Below are positions 31,808 through 41,148 of a stretch of DNA of 64,000 nucleotides, in pieces. Under the pieces are notes generated by a model that worked only from the letters and a program-made list of their open reading frames with translations, did no database searches and was not told the origin of the DNA. The stretch covers positions 2,720,001 to 2,784,000 of the forward strand of contig OY970296.1 of assembly GCA_963716175.1 (NCBI GenBank). Direction: 5' to 3'. The position numbers and the translations under genes are program-made. Position 1 is the stretch's first letter; the number at the start of each line of letters is the position of its first letter. Origin of the DNA: an uncultured Armatimonadetes bacterium (GTDB lineage: Bacteria; Armatimonadota; Hebobacteria; Hebobacterales; Hebobacteraceae).

Positions 31808-33013
31808 ATGACCGTGACAAGCGATGCAGGGATGACCCTCACTCCGCAATCATCGGATAGCGATTGCTCGGCTCTGGTGACCATCAGCGTCCCGGACTGT
31901 GCTTCGCCCATCTGTCGGCTGGGCGGCGCGCGGGAGATCCTCGGCGATCTCACGGTGCGGCAGTTGATCGAGCGAGTGGTGAGCCCCAGCTCCCTGCTCT
32001 CGGTGCGGGTGCCGATGACTCAACTGGAGGCGGAGGCCCCCACCGCACTCGCCGTGAGCGAGCTGCTGTCCACGGATTGCTGCGAAGTGGTGCTGTTGGA
32101 CGGCGCGGCCGGAGGGAAGAAGCCGGTCTCTCTGGATGAGCGGGCGGCCGAGATCACCCAGGCCCAGGTGGGTGCGCAGGGCAGTTCTTTCCTCAATATC
32201 AGCTTGGAGGTTCGCGCGCCTGCAGAGCGCTTGGCTGCTACGCCTCAGGATCGGCGGCAGATAGCGACGCCGGAAGTAGTGGAAGTCGAGAGACGGCCGG
32301 CCGCGGAATTGCCATCGGTCCCCGGGGGAGAAGAGCGCCGCCAGGTGCAGCTCCCCGAGCTAGTGGAGGCATCCGTCGAGTCCGAGGAGTATGACGCCGA
32401 TCTGCCTCTTGTGGTGGAGGCAGATTTGTTCGCGCCGGAGGAACCGGTGCCAGCCGCGGAGGCCGAGGGGAGCGGGCCGGAGGCATCTGAGCCCGTCACC
32501 GAAGGGGGCATCATCGCGATCGTGGCAAAGCCGGTGCCCAGGGAGAAGCGGCCCCCGGAGTCTCAGGCTCGCAAGGAGTACATCCGCAAGGGCGACTGGC
32601 TCCGCGCTCAGTTTCTCCCGGAGGTTCAGAATCTGGATTTCAGTGGGCTGTTCGTGGGCAATCTCGGGCTTGGCATCCGCGAGGAGCACGGGCGGAGGAC
32701 CGTGGTGCTGGCCGATCCCGCCCGGATCACCGATATCCTGCTGCGGGGCAACAGCTACCGGCGCAGCGGCGATCATGCCAAGGCTCTGATCTGCTACCAG
32801 GAGCTGGTGGATATGGACCCCGGCAACCCTGATTTCCGCTTCCTGTTGGGCAAGACGCTGCTGGCGCTCGGACAGCAGCCTGAGGCAATAGAAGCGTTTG
32901 GGCGCGCCAGAGAGCTGGGCCACGAAGGGGCGCGGAAGGAACTCGAAGATCTCAAGGCCGCAGCTCCCCGGGCGCGCAAGCCGCTGGGCTTTCTCCGTTT
33001 CTGGAAGCAGTAG
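31808..33013 (+). CDS. TPR-containing protein with acidic linker and amphipathic C-terminus
   Basis: Two TPR-like units near C-terminus; ends KPLGFLRFWKQ; GGAGG SD. Confidence 0.75.
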   Translation: MTVTSDAGMTLTPQSSDSDCSALVTISVPDCASPICRLGGAREILGDLTVRQLIERVVSPSSLLSVRVPMTQLEAEAPTALAVSELLSTDCCEVVLLDGAAGGKKPVSLDERAAEITQAQVGAQGSSFLNISLEVRAPAERLAATPQDRRQIATPEVVEVERRPAAELPSVPGGEERRQVQLPELVEASVESEEYDADLPLVVEADLFAPEEPVPAAEAEGSGPEASEPVTEGGIIAIVAKPVPREKRPPESQARKEYIRKGDWLRAQFLPEVQNLDFSGLFVGNLGLGIREEHGRRTVVLADPARITDILLRGNSYRRSGDHAKALICYQELVDMDPGNPDFRFLLGKTLLALGQQPEAIEAFGRARELGHEGARKELEDLKAAAPRARKPLGFLRFWKQ

Positions 33014-33040
33014 GCCGACGGCGCATCATCCCCACCCATT

Positions 33041-33076
33041 CCACCCCGGGCCGAGGGGGGCCCGGGGTGGTGTTTT
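33041..33076 (+). terminator. Probable intrinsic terminator
   Basis: CCACCCCGGG...CCCGGGGTGG followed by TGTTTT. Confidence 0.55.
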
Positions 33077-33137
33077 GGCCATTCCTCCGCGCCCCGGGGC
33101 AGGACTGGTAGGCCGCCATTAGCGAATATAGCCGACC

Positions 33138-33854
33138 ATGAGACCAGGATCGGTAGTCATCGTCTTCGCCCGCGCTCCGGTCCCTGGGGAGGCCAAGACT
33201 CGCCTGATTCCGGCGCTGGGAGCGTGGGGCGCGTCCGAGCTCTACCGGTGCTTCGTGCTCGATACTCTCGCCCGCAGCTCCGAACTCTCGGTGGACGTGA
33301 TGCTGGCCGCGGCCGAGGCCGATCAGGTTGAGGCCCTACGCTCGTTGGCCCAAGAGGCCTGCCCACGCGCGGAGATCATCGTCCAGACCGGCTCCGATCT
33401 GGGCGAACGGATGAGCGGCGCGTTCCAGGAGGCCCTTGGCCGGGGGTACCCCGGCGCGGTGTTGATCGGAACTGACGCCCCGAGCCTGCCGTTCGATCGT
33501 GTGGATCGCGCCCTCTCTCTGCTGCGGCACGGCAACCTGCAGCGGGGCCGTCAGTACGAGGCGGTGCTGGGCCCCTGCCTGGACGGCGGATACTACCTGA
33601 TCGGCCTGCGCGCGCCCATGCCTCAGCTCTTCCAGCACATGGTCTGGGGCACGCGCAGCGTGCTGGTTGACACGCTGCGGCGGGCACAATCGCTCAAGGC
33701 CTCGGTCTCCCTGCTCGAGCCCTGGTACGATGTTGACACCCCCGAAGACCTGGAGCTGCTCCGGTCCCACCTCACGGCCCTGTTCCTCGCCGGGGAGACG
33801 ATCCCTTGCCCTGCGACCTGGCACTACCTCCAGGAGCAACTGGCGGAGCAGTGA
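33138..33854 (+). CDS. TIGR04282/DUF2064 family glycosyltransferase-like protein
   Basis: FARAPVPGEAKTRL, DLGERM, IGTDAP, LGPCLDGGYYLIG, DVDTPEDL. Confidence 0.88.
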   Translation: MRPGSVVIVFARAPVPGEAKTRLIPALGAWGASELYRCFVLDTLARSSELSVDVMLAAAEADQVEALRSLAQEACPRAEIIVQTGSDLGERMSGAFQEALGRGYPGAVLIGTDAPSLPFDRVDRALSLLRHGNLQRGRQYEAVLGPCLDGGYYLIGLRAPMPQLFQHMVWGTRSVLVDTLRRAQSLKASVSLLEPWYDVDTPEDLELLRSHLTALFLAGETIPCPATWHYLQEQLAEQ

Positions 33855-33857
33855 CCC

Positions 33858-34574
33858 ATGCCGCGGGACCCGGCCCGGCTTGCGGTCATCATCCCGGCCC
33901 TGAATGAGGAGCAGTCCGTCGGGCAGGTAATCGCGGCCATCCCTCGCGAGCTGGCCTGCGAGATTATCGTGGTGGACAATGGCTCCACCGACCGTACCGC
34001 GGAAATCGCCTCCCAGCACGGGGCCCGCGTGATCGGTGAGCCCCAGCGCGGCTATGGCGCCGCCTGCCTGGCCGGGATCGCCGCCGTCTCGCAGGCGGAG
34101 GTGGTCGCCTTTCTCGACGCCGACTTCAGCGATGACCCGGCTCTGCTCACCCAACTGGTGGAGCCGATCCTGGGGGGCCGCGCCGACCTCGTGATCGGGT
34201 CTCGGATGCTGGGCGCGCGCGAGCCGGGCGCGATGCCGCCTCATGCCCGCTTCGGCAACCGGCTGGCCGGCCTCATCCTCACCCACCTCTACTGCCAGCC
34301 CACCACTGACCTGGGCCCCTTCCGCGCCATCCGCTATTCCGCCTTGCAGCGCCTCTGCATGAGAGACCGCGGCTACGGTTGGACCATGGAGATGCAGGCG
34401 AAGGCCGCGCGGTTGCGCCTCCGCACCCTGGAGGTCCCGGTTCCCTATCGGAGGCGAGTGGGCCGCTCCAAGATCAGCGGCTCCCTCTGGCCCTCGCTCC
34501 AGGCCGCGGCGATCATCATCGGCACGGCGGTGCGGCTACTGTGGTGGTGGCCGCCCTCCGCCTCAGGCCGATAG
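33858..34574 (+). CDS. Glycosyltransferase family 2 (DPM/DPG-synthase-like)
   Basis: IIPALNEE, VVDNGSTD, GYGAAC, FLDADFSDDP, DLGPFRAIR. Confidence 0.92.
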   Translation: MPRDPARLAVIIPALNEEQSVGQVIAAIPRELACEIIVVDNGSTDRTAEIASQHGARVIGEPQRGYGAACLAGIAAVSQAEVVAFLDADFSDDPALLTQLVEPILGGRADLVIGSRMLGAREPGAMPPHARFGNRLAGLILTHLYCQPTTDLGPFRAIRYSALQRLCMRDRGYGWTMEMQAKAARLRLRTLEVPVPYRRRVGRSKISGSLWPSLQAAAIIIGTAVRLLWWWPPSASGR

Positions 34575-34598
34575 GCACCTCTGCCATCTGTGCTCAGT

Positions 34599-35012
34599 TC
34601 AAGGCCTCTTCCGCCGGCCACCAGCCAGTCGGTGTTTCTTCGTCTCCCCTTGCCCGCCGAGCGCGCGACTGAGCGTGGTCACGACGAACTGGTTCAGGCT
34701 GGCCCGTTCGGCTCGCGCCCGCCGAACAAGATCGCGGTGCAGACTCCTGGGGGTCCGCACCAGGAAGCGACCACTGTACTCCGGCTCGGCTGCTGGCGCC
34801 GGAATTGGGAGACCCTCGGACAGAGCCACCTCAATCCAGCCGGCCATCGCATCCCTGATCATCTCCACGGCCTCTTCCGCGGTGTCCGCCTCCGTCATGC
34901 ACCCCGGCAGCTCGGCTACCTCAGCGAAGAACGTCCCGTCCTCATACTGGCGGAGCTGTATCGTGTAAGGCAGGCGCAGGTACTCCTCAACTGTCTTAGC
35001 CACGGTCTTCAT
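34599..35012 (-). CDS. hicB: HicB antitoxin
   Basis: ELPGCMTEADT, YSGRFLVRTPRSLHRDL...SLNQ ribbon-helix-helix. Confidence 0.92.
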   Translation of the reverse strand: MKTVAKTVEEYLRLPYTIQLRQYEDGTFFAEVAELPGCMTEADTAEEAVEMIRDAMAGWIEVALSEGLPIPAPAAEPEYSGRFLVRTPRSLHRDLVRRARAERASLNQFVVTTLSRALGGQGETKKHRLAGGRRKRP

Positions 35013-35265
35013 CAGCGCTGGCCTCCTCTGTATCAGTCTCCTGGAGCATAGCAAGCGCCCGCCGCACCACGTACTCCTTCAGATGCGGGCGCCTTCTGGG
35101 CACACTGAGCAGGTGGGGGCCACGATAGTAGAAGTAGTGGCTGCCGCCTCGCTTGGGCTTCCGCACCTGAAAACCATAGGCCCGCAGCAGCGCGTCCAGG
35201 TCCTCGAAGCGCACCTGCCTTGGGCTCTGCTCGACCTTCTGCCGCCTCTTCTGCCGAGTACTCAG
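34996..35265 (-). CDS. hicA: HicA toxin (probable CTG start)
   Basis: VRFEDLDALLRAYGF, GGSHY, LKEYVVR; AGGAGG 6 nt before CTG. Confidence 0.85.
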   Translation of the reverse strand: MSTRQKRRQKVEQSPRQVRFEDLDALLRAYGFQVRKPKRGGSHYFYYRGPHLLSVPRRRPHLKEYVVRRALAMLQETDTEEASADEDRG

Positions 35266-35283
35266 CGCCACCCTCCTGCTCAT

Positions 35284-35311
35284 ATGATACCACATATGAT
35301 AGCATCGTCAA
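35284..35311 (-). promoter_or_regulatory. hicAB promoter with overlapping palindromic operator
   Basis: TTGACG-N16-TATCAT with extended TG; imperfect palindrome TGCTATCATA/TGTGGTATCA. Confidence 0.65.
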
Positions 35312-35373
35312 TGCCGGAACAGCACACCTGCGGCACCCGGCGCAGCGAGAGCTTTAGCTAAGGCCCCGCAGCA

Positions 35374-36756
35374 TCAAGCCGCAGAAGAGTCTACCCGAGA
35401 CCGCGTCACCCGCCACCAGACCGCCTGTCCGATGAGCAGGGCGAAGACCGGCGTGTAGCCGGCCCACAGCAGTGTGCGGTAGGCCTCGGGGTAGATCCAG
35501 CGCAGGTAATACTGGGCTGAGACGGTGAGGGTGAACAGGACCCAGCCCGGGATCGCCCACCAGCAGAGCAAGGGCAGGGACCAGATCACGTACCAGGGCA
35601 GGGTCGGCGCCCCCAGCACCAGACTGGCGGCAAGCACAGCGAAGGTGGCGGCGATCAGCCCTTCCAGGCCTGCCCGCAGTCGCCAGGTCAGCCACGCGGT
35701 GAGCGCGAGTGTTGCCAGCGTGCTGGCCGCGCGAGTGATCCCATAGTGCCACTCCACGTCCAGCGCGTTCAGTGTCCAGTTAGACAGGAAGAAAAGGCCT
35801 GAGTTGACCTCCCAGTGTCCGAAGTACTCGCTCAGACCGCTGAACAGGTGCCGGCCTGCCCCGGCAAAGGGGGCGAGCATGATCGCACAGGCAGCAGAGA
35901 AGACGGCCGCGGTCTTCCATCCGCCGCGGCGGACGAAGAAAGGCAGAGCGAGAACCGCGAATCCCTTGGCCAGCACCGCGGCAGCCAGCGCCACCGCGGC
36001 GCCGGGGCCTGGCCGGCCCTGCCTCCGCGCCGCCAGGACCAAGGCAGTCAGCAACAGGAAGAGCCCCAGCGCATCCACATGCACCCCGCCGGTCACCTCG
36101 GTCACGGCCAGCGGACACCAGGCATACCAGATCACCCGCTCCGCCGGCCGCCCCGTGCGCCTGAGCAGCGCGATCAGCGCCAGTACGCTTGCCATGTCGA
36201 AGACGACGAACAGCCACCTGAACAGCTCTGCGTCCCGGGCCCTCACCCGCGTCACCGCGGCGAAGAATAGCTCCGCGGCCGGCGGATAGACGGTGGGGAT
36301 GTTGCGGAAGTTCATCTTCCGCCAGTTGGGGTCGCGGAGGTATCTGACCTCCGGCGCGTCGGGCCGGTGAAGATAGGGATTCACACCGGCGTTGATGCAG
36401 CGCCCGTCCCAGACATAGCGCCAGTAGTCGGTGGATAGGGGAGGAGTGCGCTCGAGGGCGACGATCCGCATCCCAAGGGCGGCCAAAACCAGCCATAGCA
36501 GCACCCACCGGGGCAGTCGGCCGGCCCGCATCGCCAGCAAGGCCGCCGCCAGGTAGCAGAACCAGGCCACCGAGTACCCCCGCACGAAGCGCGCCGCCCC
36601 ACCCGGCGCGCTCAGCTCGGGGCCGGCAGACCCGAGGGCCGCACCCGCCGCCAGGCCCAGCAGGAGCATCAGCCAAGGGGTTGCGCGTTGGAGCATGTTC
36701 GACTTGGTCTGCGCGGGCGCCGCAGCCACTTGACCGCTCCTGCGGGTCGGACTCAT
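35374..36756 (-). CDS. GT-C membrane glycosyltransferase (GT87/DUF2029-like)
   Basis: LSTDYWRYVWDG, NPY, TVYPP, YAWCPL, HVD, PWY. Confidence 0.8.
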   Translation of the reverse strand: MSPTRRSGQVAAAPAQTKSNMLQRATPWLMLLLGLAAGAALGSAGPELSAPGGAARFVRGYSVAWFCYLAAALLAMRAGRLPRWVLLWLVLAALGMRIVALERTPPLSTDYWRYVWDGRCINAGVNPYLHRPDAPEVRYLRDPNWRKMNFRNIPTVYPPAAELFFAAVTRVRARDAELFRWLFVVFDMASVLALIALLRRTGRPAERVIWYAWCPLAVTEVTGGVHVDALGLFLLLTALVLAARRQGRPGPGAAVALAAAVLAKGFAVLALPFFVRRGGWKTAAVFSAACAIMLAPFAGAGRHLFSGLSEYFGHWEVNSGLFFLSNWTLNALDVEWHYGITRAASTLATLALTAWLTWRLRAGLEGLIAATFAVLAASLVLGAPTLPWYVIWSLPLLCWWAIPGWVLFTLTVSAQYYLRWIYPEAYRTLLWAGYTPVFALLIGQAVWWRVTRSRVDSSAA

Positions 36757-37610
36757 CTCTGCCGCGGTCTTGGCCTGCTGCTCCTGAGTGGCTCCGCCGA
36801 CCGAGAGAAGAACTCATCTTGCAGCTTCCTGGTGACGCGGTCCTGCTTCACCGCCCGCACCACCTCCACCAGGCCGCGGATCCCCGCCTCCAGTATCAGC
36901 GCGCCCAAGTCTGCGTTCGACGCGGAGGGCTCGCCCGCGAAGTGATTGGGGTAGTCGGCATACCACCACATACCGCTATAGGCCTCCAGGCCGCGCAACC
37001 GCTTCTGCGGCAGGCCGCTCTCGTCTCCCGCTTCCTCCAGCTGCACCAGCTCCGGGCGGATCGCCATCATCCGGCTGGTCTCCCCCTCATCAGCATGGCC
37101 GCCCCAGTCTGTCTTGCGCATGGCCTTAATCCGTTTCTCCATCTCGAGATCCCTGGGACGGCCCGCCACATACACCACGTACTCGCGAGGCCGGGCGAGC
37201 TGGGTCTGGCAGAAGTAGTTGAGCCAATCGTTGTTCCCTCCATGGCCATTGACGATGAGGACTTTGCCGAAGCCATTGCGCCCGATGGCGTCGCACACGT
37301 CCTGCAGCAGCGCGGTCAGGAGCTCGGGCGAGATGGTGACGCATCCGGGCTGATGTCTGGCCTCATAGATCTGCCCGAAGTAGTAATAAGGGAAGACCAC
37401 CGCGTACTCGCGCTGCGCGGCGCCGATGGCCTGCGCCCGGGCAGCGATCACATCGGTCCCCAGGGGCAGATGGGGCCCATGCTTCTCGATCACGCCGATT
37501 GGGAGCAGGCACACGCCCTGCGCCTGCTTCACCGCCTTCGGGAAATCGGCGGCGGTCAACTCCTCCCACTGCACTGGCAGGTGACGCGTTCGTTGCGCTC
37601 GCACGGTCAT
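36753..37610 (-). CDS. Creatininase family amidohydrolase
   Basis: PIGVIEKHGPHLPLGTD, NGHGGN, HADEGETS. Confidence 0.93.
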   Translation of the reverse strand: MTVRAQRTRHLPVQWEELTAADFPKAVKQAQGVCLLPIGVIEKHGPHLPLGTDVIAARAQAIGAAQREYAVVFPYYYFGQIYEARHQPGCVTISPELLTALLQDVCDAIGRNGFGKVLIVNGHGGNNDWLNYFCQTQLARPREYVVYVAGRPRDLEMEKRIKAMRKTDWGGHADEGETSRMMAIRPELVQLEEAGDESGLPQKRLRGLEAYSGMWWYADYPNHFAGEPSASNADLGALILEAGIRGLVEVVRAVKQDRVTRKLQDEFFSRSAEPLRSSRPRPRQR

Positions 37611-38078
37611 CTCAGCCTCCTACTGATGTTGGCATGTCGAAGTGAGCCCAGGCTTGCCCTCGGACTGTGCTCGACTTGAGAGTTTGCGGAAGCGGCTCCC
37701 GACTCCTTCCCGCCTTGCCTCCCTGAGCCCCTTGGAGGGCCTCTTGCTGGTCGCAGGGGCGTTTTGCGCCGCTTGGGGCCCCCCCAGGGGCGCGGGAGCG
37801 GCCCCATCGGCTGGCTTGAGAATGCCCTTTCAGGATGGGGTATATCTGCCTGGGTGTCTCCGTGTACCGGGGCGCCCGGAGTAGCTGGCTCGGCAAACAG
37901 CCCGAGCCTTTGGGGACCGCAACCCCCCACCACCCATAGGCGCCCCGGCGTCCGCCTCCGCCGGGGCGCCAGCCCTTCCAGGCGCAGGATAGCCAGCCGC
38001 AGGCGCAGAAGCCCAGGTGCGCCCTGGGAGCCTGCGACAAGGCCCGCGGGATCTTGGTACACCGCCCAAGGAGCTGCC

Positions 38079-38832
38079 GTGGAGATACAGGTCTCATTCC
38101 CGTCGGAGGGCGAAGCGATCTTCGGTGTCCTTCACCTGCCCGCGACCGCCGCGGCGCCAGGCCTCATAATGTGCCACGGCTTCACCGGCCACCGCGCCGA
38201 GTCCCATCGCCTGTTCGTGGTGGCGGCCCGGGACTTCTGCCAGCACGGTCTGGCGGTTCTGAGGTTCGATTTCCGCGGCTCTGGCGACAGCGCCGGCGAG
38301 TTCCGTGAGATGACCGTCTCGCGGGAGACCACTGATGCCGCTGCCGCCCTCGCGTGATCTCGCCTCCCGGCCCGAGGTGAACCCCGACCGCGTCGGGGTG
38401 CTCGGGCTCAGCTTGGGCGGGTGTGTCGCTGCCTGCCTGGCGGGCCGCGAGCCGAGGGTGCGGGCCCTGGTGCTGTGGTCGGCAGCAGCTCACCCGGAGC
38501 GCATCCGCGAGCATCTCCAGTCGCAGTGGGGGGAGAGTGAAGTGCTGGACTTCAACGGATGGGGCCTGGGGCGTGGGTTCCTGGAGGATCTTCCCCGCAT
38601 TCATCCCCTGGCGGAGGCGCGGCGCTACCTGGGGCCGAGCCTGATCGTCCACGGCGAGCAAGACGAGGTGGTGCCGCCCTCGGACGCATCTGACTTCCAG
38701 CAAGCGCTCGGCGGCCCCAGCGAACTGCACCTGGTGAAGGGCGCCGACCACGTGTTCTCCGGTCTCACCTGGCAGGCGGAAGCGATCACGAAGTCGCGCC
38801 AGTTCCTGTTGGCCAGTCTCGTCGGCGGCTGA
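38079..38832 (+). CDS. Alpha/beta hydrolase, split by a frameshift near 38355
   Basis: CHGFTG, RFDFRGSGDS in frame 1; GLSLGG, HGEQDEVV, GADH in frame 2. Confidence 0.82.
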
Positions 38833-38854
38833 ACGGCCGGAGCCCTTTCAGGAG

Positions 38855-39256
38855 GTGGCACTGGTGACCCGATTGCGCAACATGGAGGAGCTGATCGCCA
38901 AGCTGCGGGCGCGGCAGATCCGGGAAGTGAGGCTAACGGGCAAAGTGGCCACTACGACTCCTCCCGGGGGCAGGCAGATCCTGTTCCGCGGTCGCCTCGT
39001 TCTGTCCGCTGATCTGGGCGGGGGCGACGAGATGCAGTACGCGGAGACCGTGAGGCCCTATGCCGCAGAGACCAAAGCCTCGGAGCTGCCGGTCAGCCGG
39101 AGACGGGCAACCGATCTCCAACGCTCGCAGTCGGCGCTGATGCGCCAGCTCCAGGCCTACCGCAGCGAATACCAGCAGGTGATGGAGGCGGCTCGCGCGA
39201 GCCTCACGCAGAAGCTGAAGCAGGCCGGCATCACCGTGGTCGAGCCGGAGGAGTAG
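38855..39256 (+). CDS. Hypothetical protein
   Basis: 133-aa ORF, AGGAGG SD, coiled-coil C-terminal half; start uncertain. Confidence 0.65.
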   Translation: MALVTRLRNMEELIAKLRARQIREVRLTGKVATTTPPGGRQILFRGRLVLSADLGGGDEMQYAETVRPYAAETKASELPVSRRRATDLQRSQSALMRQLQAYRSEYQQVMEAARASLTQKLKQAGITVVEPEE

Positions 39257-39261
39257 GCCCG

Positions 39262-39534
39262 ATGCGCATCACCATTGCCGTCCGCGGCCACTTCCGGAAC
39301 ACCTCGGCCCTGGGGAAGGACGAGATGACCGTCACCATCCCTGATACCGGCAGCCTGCACATCCGGGATTTGCTCGAGACCCTGAATATCCTGGAGGAGG
39401 AGGTCGGGCGGATCACCGTCAACGGCCGGCCCGGTCGTCTCACCGAGGGTCTGCGCCACCGCGCGGTTGGAGTTCTTCCCGCGGGAGCGATCCAGGTGAC
39501 GGGGCTGAGACCGGCCCCTCGCACTCTCGGCTAG
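39262..39534 (+). CDS. MoaD/ThiS-like ubiquitin-fold protein without C-terminal GG (end uncertain)
   Basis: IRDLLETLNI...ITVNG; an alternative frame gives LEFFP then stops at about 39498. Confidence 0.55.
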   Translation: MRITIAVRGHFRNTSALGKDEMTVTIPDTGSLHIRDLLETLNILEEEVGRITVNGRPGRLTEGLRHRAVGVLPAGAIQVTGLRPAPRTLG

Positions 39535-40283
39535 CTCACCTCTCCCGCCAGATAGGCCTGCGTCCTGCGGTCGCGGGGCCGGGCGAAAAACTCAGCCGCG
39601 GGACCGTGCTCCACCAGTTCTCCCAGATAGAGGAAGACCACGTAGTCGGCAAGGCGTTTCGCCTGTCTCAGGATATGGGTGACCACGGCGATGGTGTAGC
39701 TGCCCTTGAGCTCGATCAACCGTCTCTCCACCTGCTGGGCCGACTGGGGGTCCAGCGCGGAGGTGGGCTCATCTCCCAGCAGCACCTCGGGCTCCACCGC
39801 CAGGGCCCGCGCCAGGCATAGCCGCTGCTGCTGCCCCACCGACAGCTTGGAGGCCGGGGCCCGCAACCGGTCCTTCACCTCCCCCCAGAGGCTGGCGGTC
39901 CGCAGGCACTGCTCCACTATCTGGTCGAGATGGCGCCGATCCCTCATCCCATGGATCCTGGGCCCGTAGGCCACGTTGTCGTAGATGGACATGGGCAGCG
40001 GGCAGGGCTTCTGAGCCAGCAGCCCCATCTTCTTGCGCAGCGGGATCACATCCACGCCCGGGTCCAGGATGTTGACTCCATCAATCAGCACCTCCCCCTG
40101 CACCCGTACCCCATCGGTCTCGTCAATCAGCCGGTTGCAGGTCTTGAGCAGCGTGGTCTTGCCGCAGCCGGAGGGCCCGATGATGGCTGTGATCTGGCCG
40201 TCTGGGATATCCACGGTGACATCCCGCAGGGCCTGATGCCCATCGTAGAAGACGTTCAGGTTGCGGATGCTGATGTGCGGCAT
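39531..40283 (-). CDS. pstB: PstB-like ABC ATPase
   Basis: GPSGCGKTT, SIYDNVAYGPR, LSVGQQQRLCLARALA, DEPTSALDP. Confidence 0.9.
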   Translation of the reverse strand: MPHISIRNLNVFYDGHQALRDVTVDIPDGQITAIIGPSGCGKTTLLKTCNRLIDETDGVRVQGEVLIDGVNILDPGVDVIPLRKKMGLLAQKPCPLPMSIYDNVAYGPRIHGMRDRRHLDQIVEQCLRTASLWGEVKDRLRAPASKLSVGQQQRLCLARALAVEPEVLLGDEPTSALDPQSAQQVERRLIELKGSYTIAVVTHILRQAKRLADYVVFLYLGELVEHGPAAEFFARPRDRRTQAYLAGEVS

Positions 40284-40296
40284 ATGCTACCTCCGA

Positions 40297-41148
40297 TCAC
40301 CGGACCACGTGCTGCTCGTATCTCTTCGCCAGCAGGCGGGAGACCACGCTGACGGCCAACACCAGGGCTAGCAGAATCGCCCCGGAAGCATACCCCCGCT
40401 GCTTCACCTCCTCGAAGGGGGCCTGCGTCTGGAAGAACACCGCCAGGGGGAGAGAGGCCACGGGCTCGGCCAGCGAGGAGGGCAGCCGATCCGTATAGCC
40501 GGCGGTGAAGAGCACCGAAGCCGCATCCCCAATCCCCCGGCCGAAGGCGAGCAGAACCGCGGTCAGCACCCCAGGCAGCGCCTGGCGCCAAACCACCTTG
40601 AGCGTGGTCTCGAGCCGGGTGGCGCCCAGGGTGTAGGAGGCCTCCTTCAGGTCTGCGGGCACCAGCCTCACCACCTCATCCATCGCTCGCGCCATGATGG
40701 GCAACTCCACTAAGGTGAGCGCAATGATGCCGCCCAGGAGGCAGGCCCGCAGGCCCAGGTAAAGCATGAGGATGAAGCCGAAGGCGCCGTAGACGATGGA
40801 GGGAATCCCCCACAGCACATCCAGGGCCAGCCGGGTGGCTCTCGCCAGCCAGCTCCGGCCGCCGAAGTCTCGCTGCAGGTAGCCCGTTACCGGGAGGCTG
40901 AGGGCGAACGCGGCAGTGGTGGCCCCGAAGGCCAGGCAGAGCGACCCCACGATCGCGTTCAGCACCCCGCCCTCCTTGCCCAGGTAGTAGCCGCCCCGTG
41001 GCACCTGGGTGATCATGGCCAGGTTCAGTGCCGGCAGTCCGCGCACCAGCACCACCGCCAGCACCGCACCCAGGCCACCTGCCACCAGCAGGGCCGAGGC
41101 CACCATCAGCACCCGGAACAGGGCCTCCTCCAGCCGCCTCGCCTTCAT
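40297..41148 (-). CDS. pstA: PstA-like permease
   Basis: GGVLNAIVGS, GIPSIVYG, EASYTLGAT, GRGIGDAA. Confidence 0.88.
   Translation of the reverse strand: MKARRLEEALFRVLMVASALLVAGGLGAVLAVVLVRGLPALNLAMITQVPRGGYYLGKEGGVLNAIVGSLCLAFGATTAAFALSLPVTGYLQRDFGGRSWLARATRLALDVLWGIPSIVYGAFGFILMLYLGLRACLLGGIIALTLVELPIMARAMDEVVRLVPADLKEASYTLGATRLETTLKVVWRQALPGVLTAVLLAFGRGIGDAASVLFTAGYTDRLPSSLAEPVASLPLAVFFQTQAPFEEVKQRGYASGAILLALVLAVSVVSRLLAKRYEQHVVR

Noticed and set aside
37891-38002. GGCAAAC...GACCGCAA...GATAGCCAGCCGC resembling c-di-GMP-I, and GGAGTAGC resembling yybP-ykoY
   Set aside because: The required stems and GNRA loop do not form in the right register
38355-38357. TGA in the middle of the hydrolase gene as possible selenocysteine
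   Set aside because: The protein continues in a different frame, so this is a frameshift and not read-through
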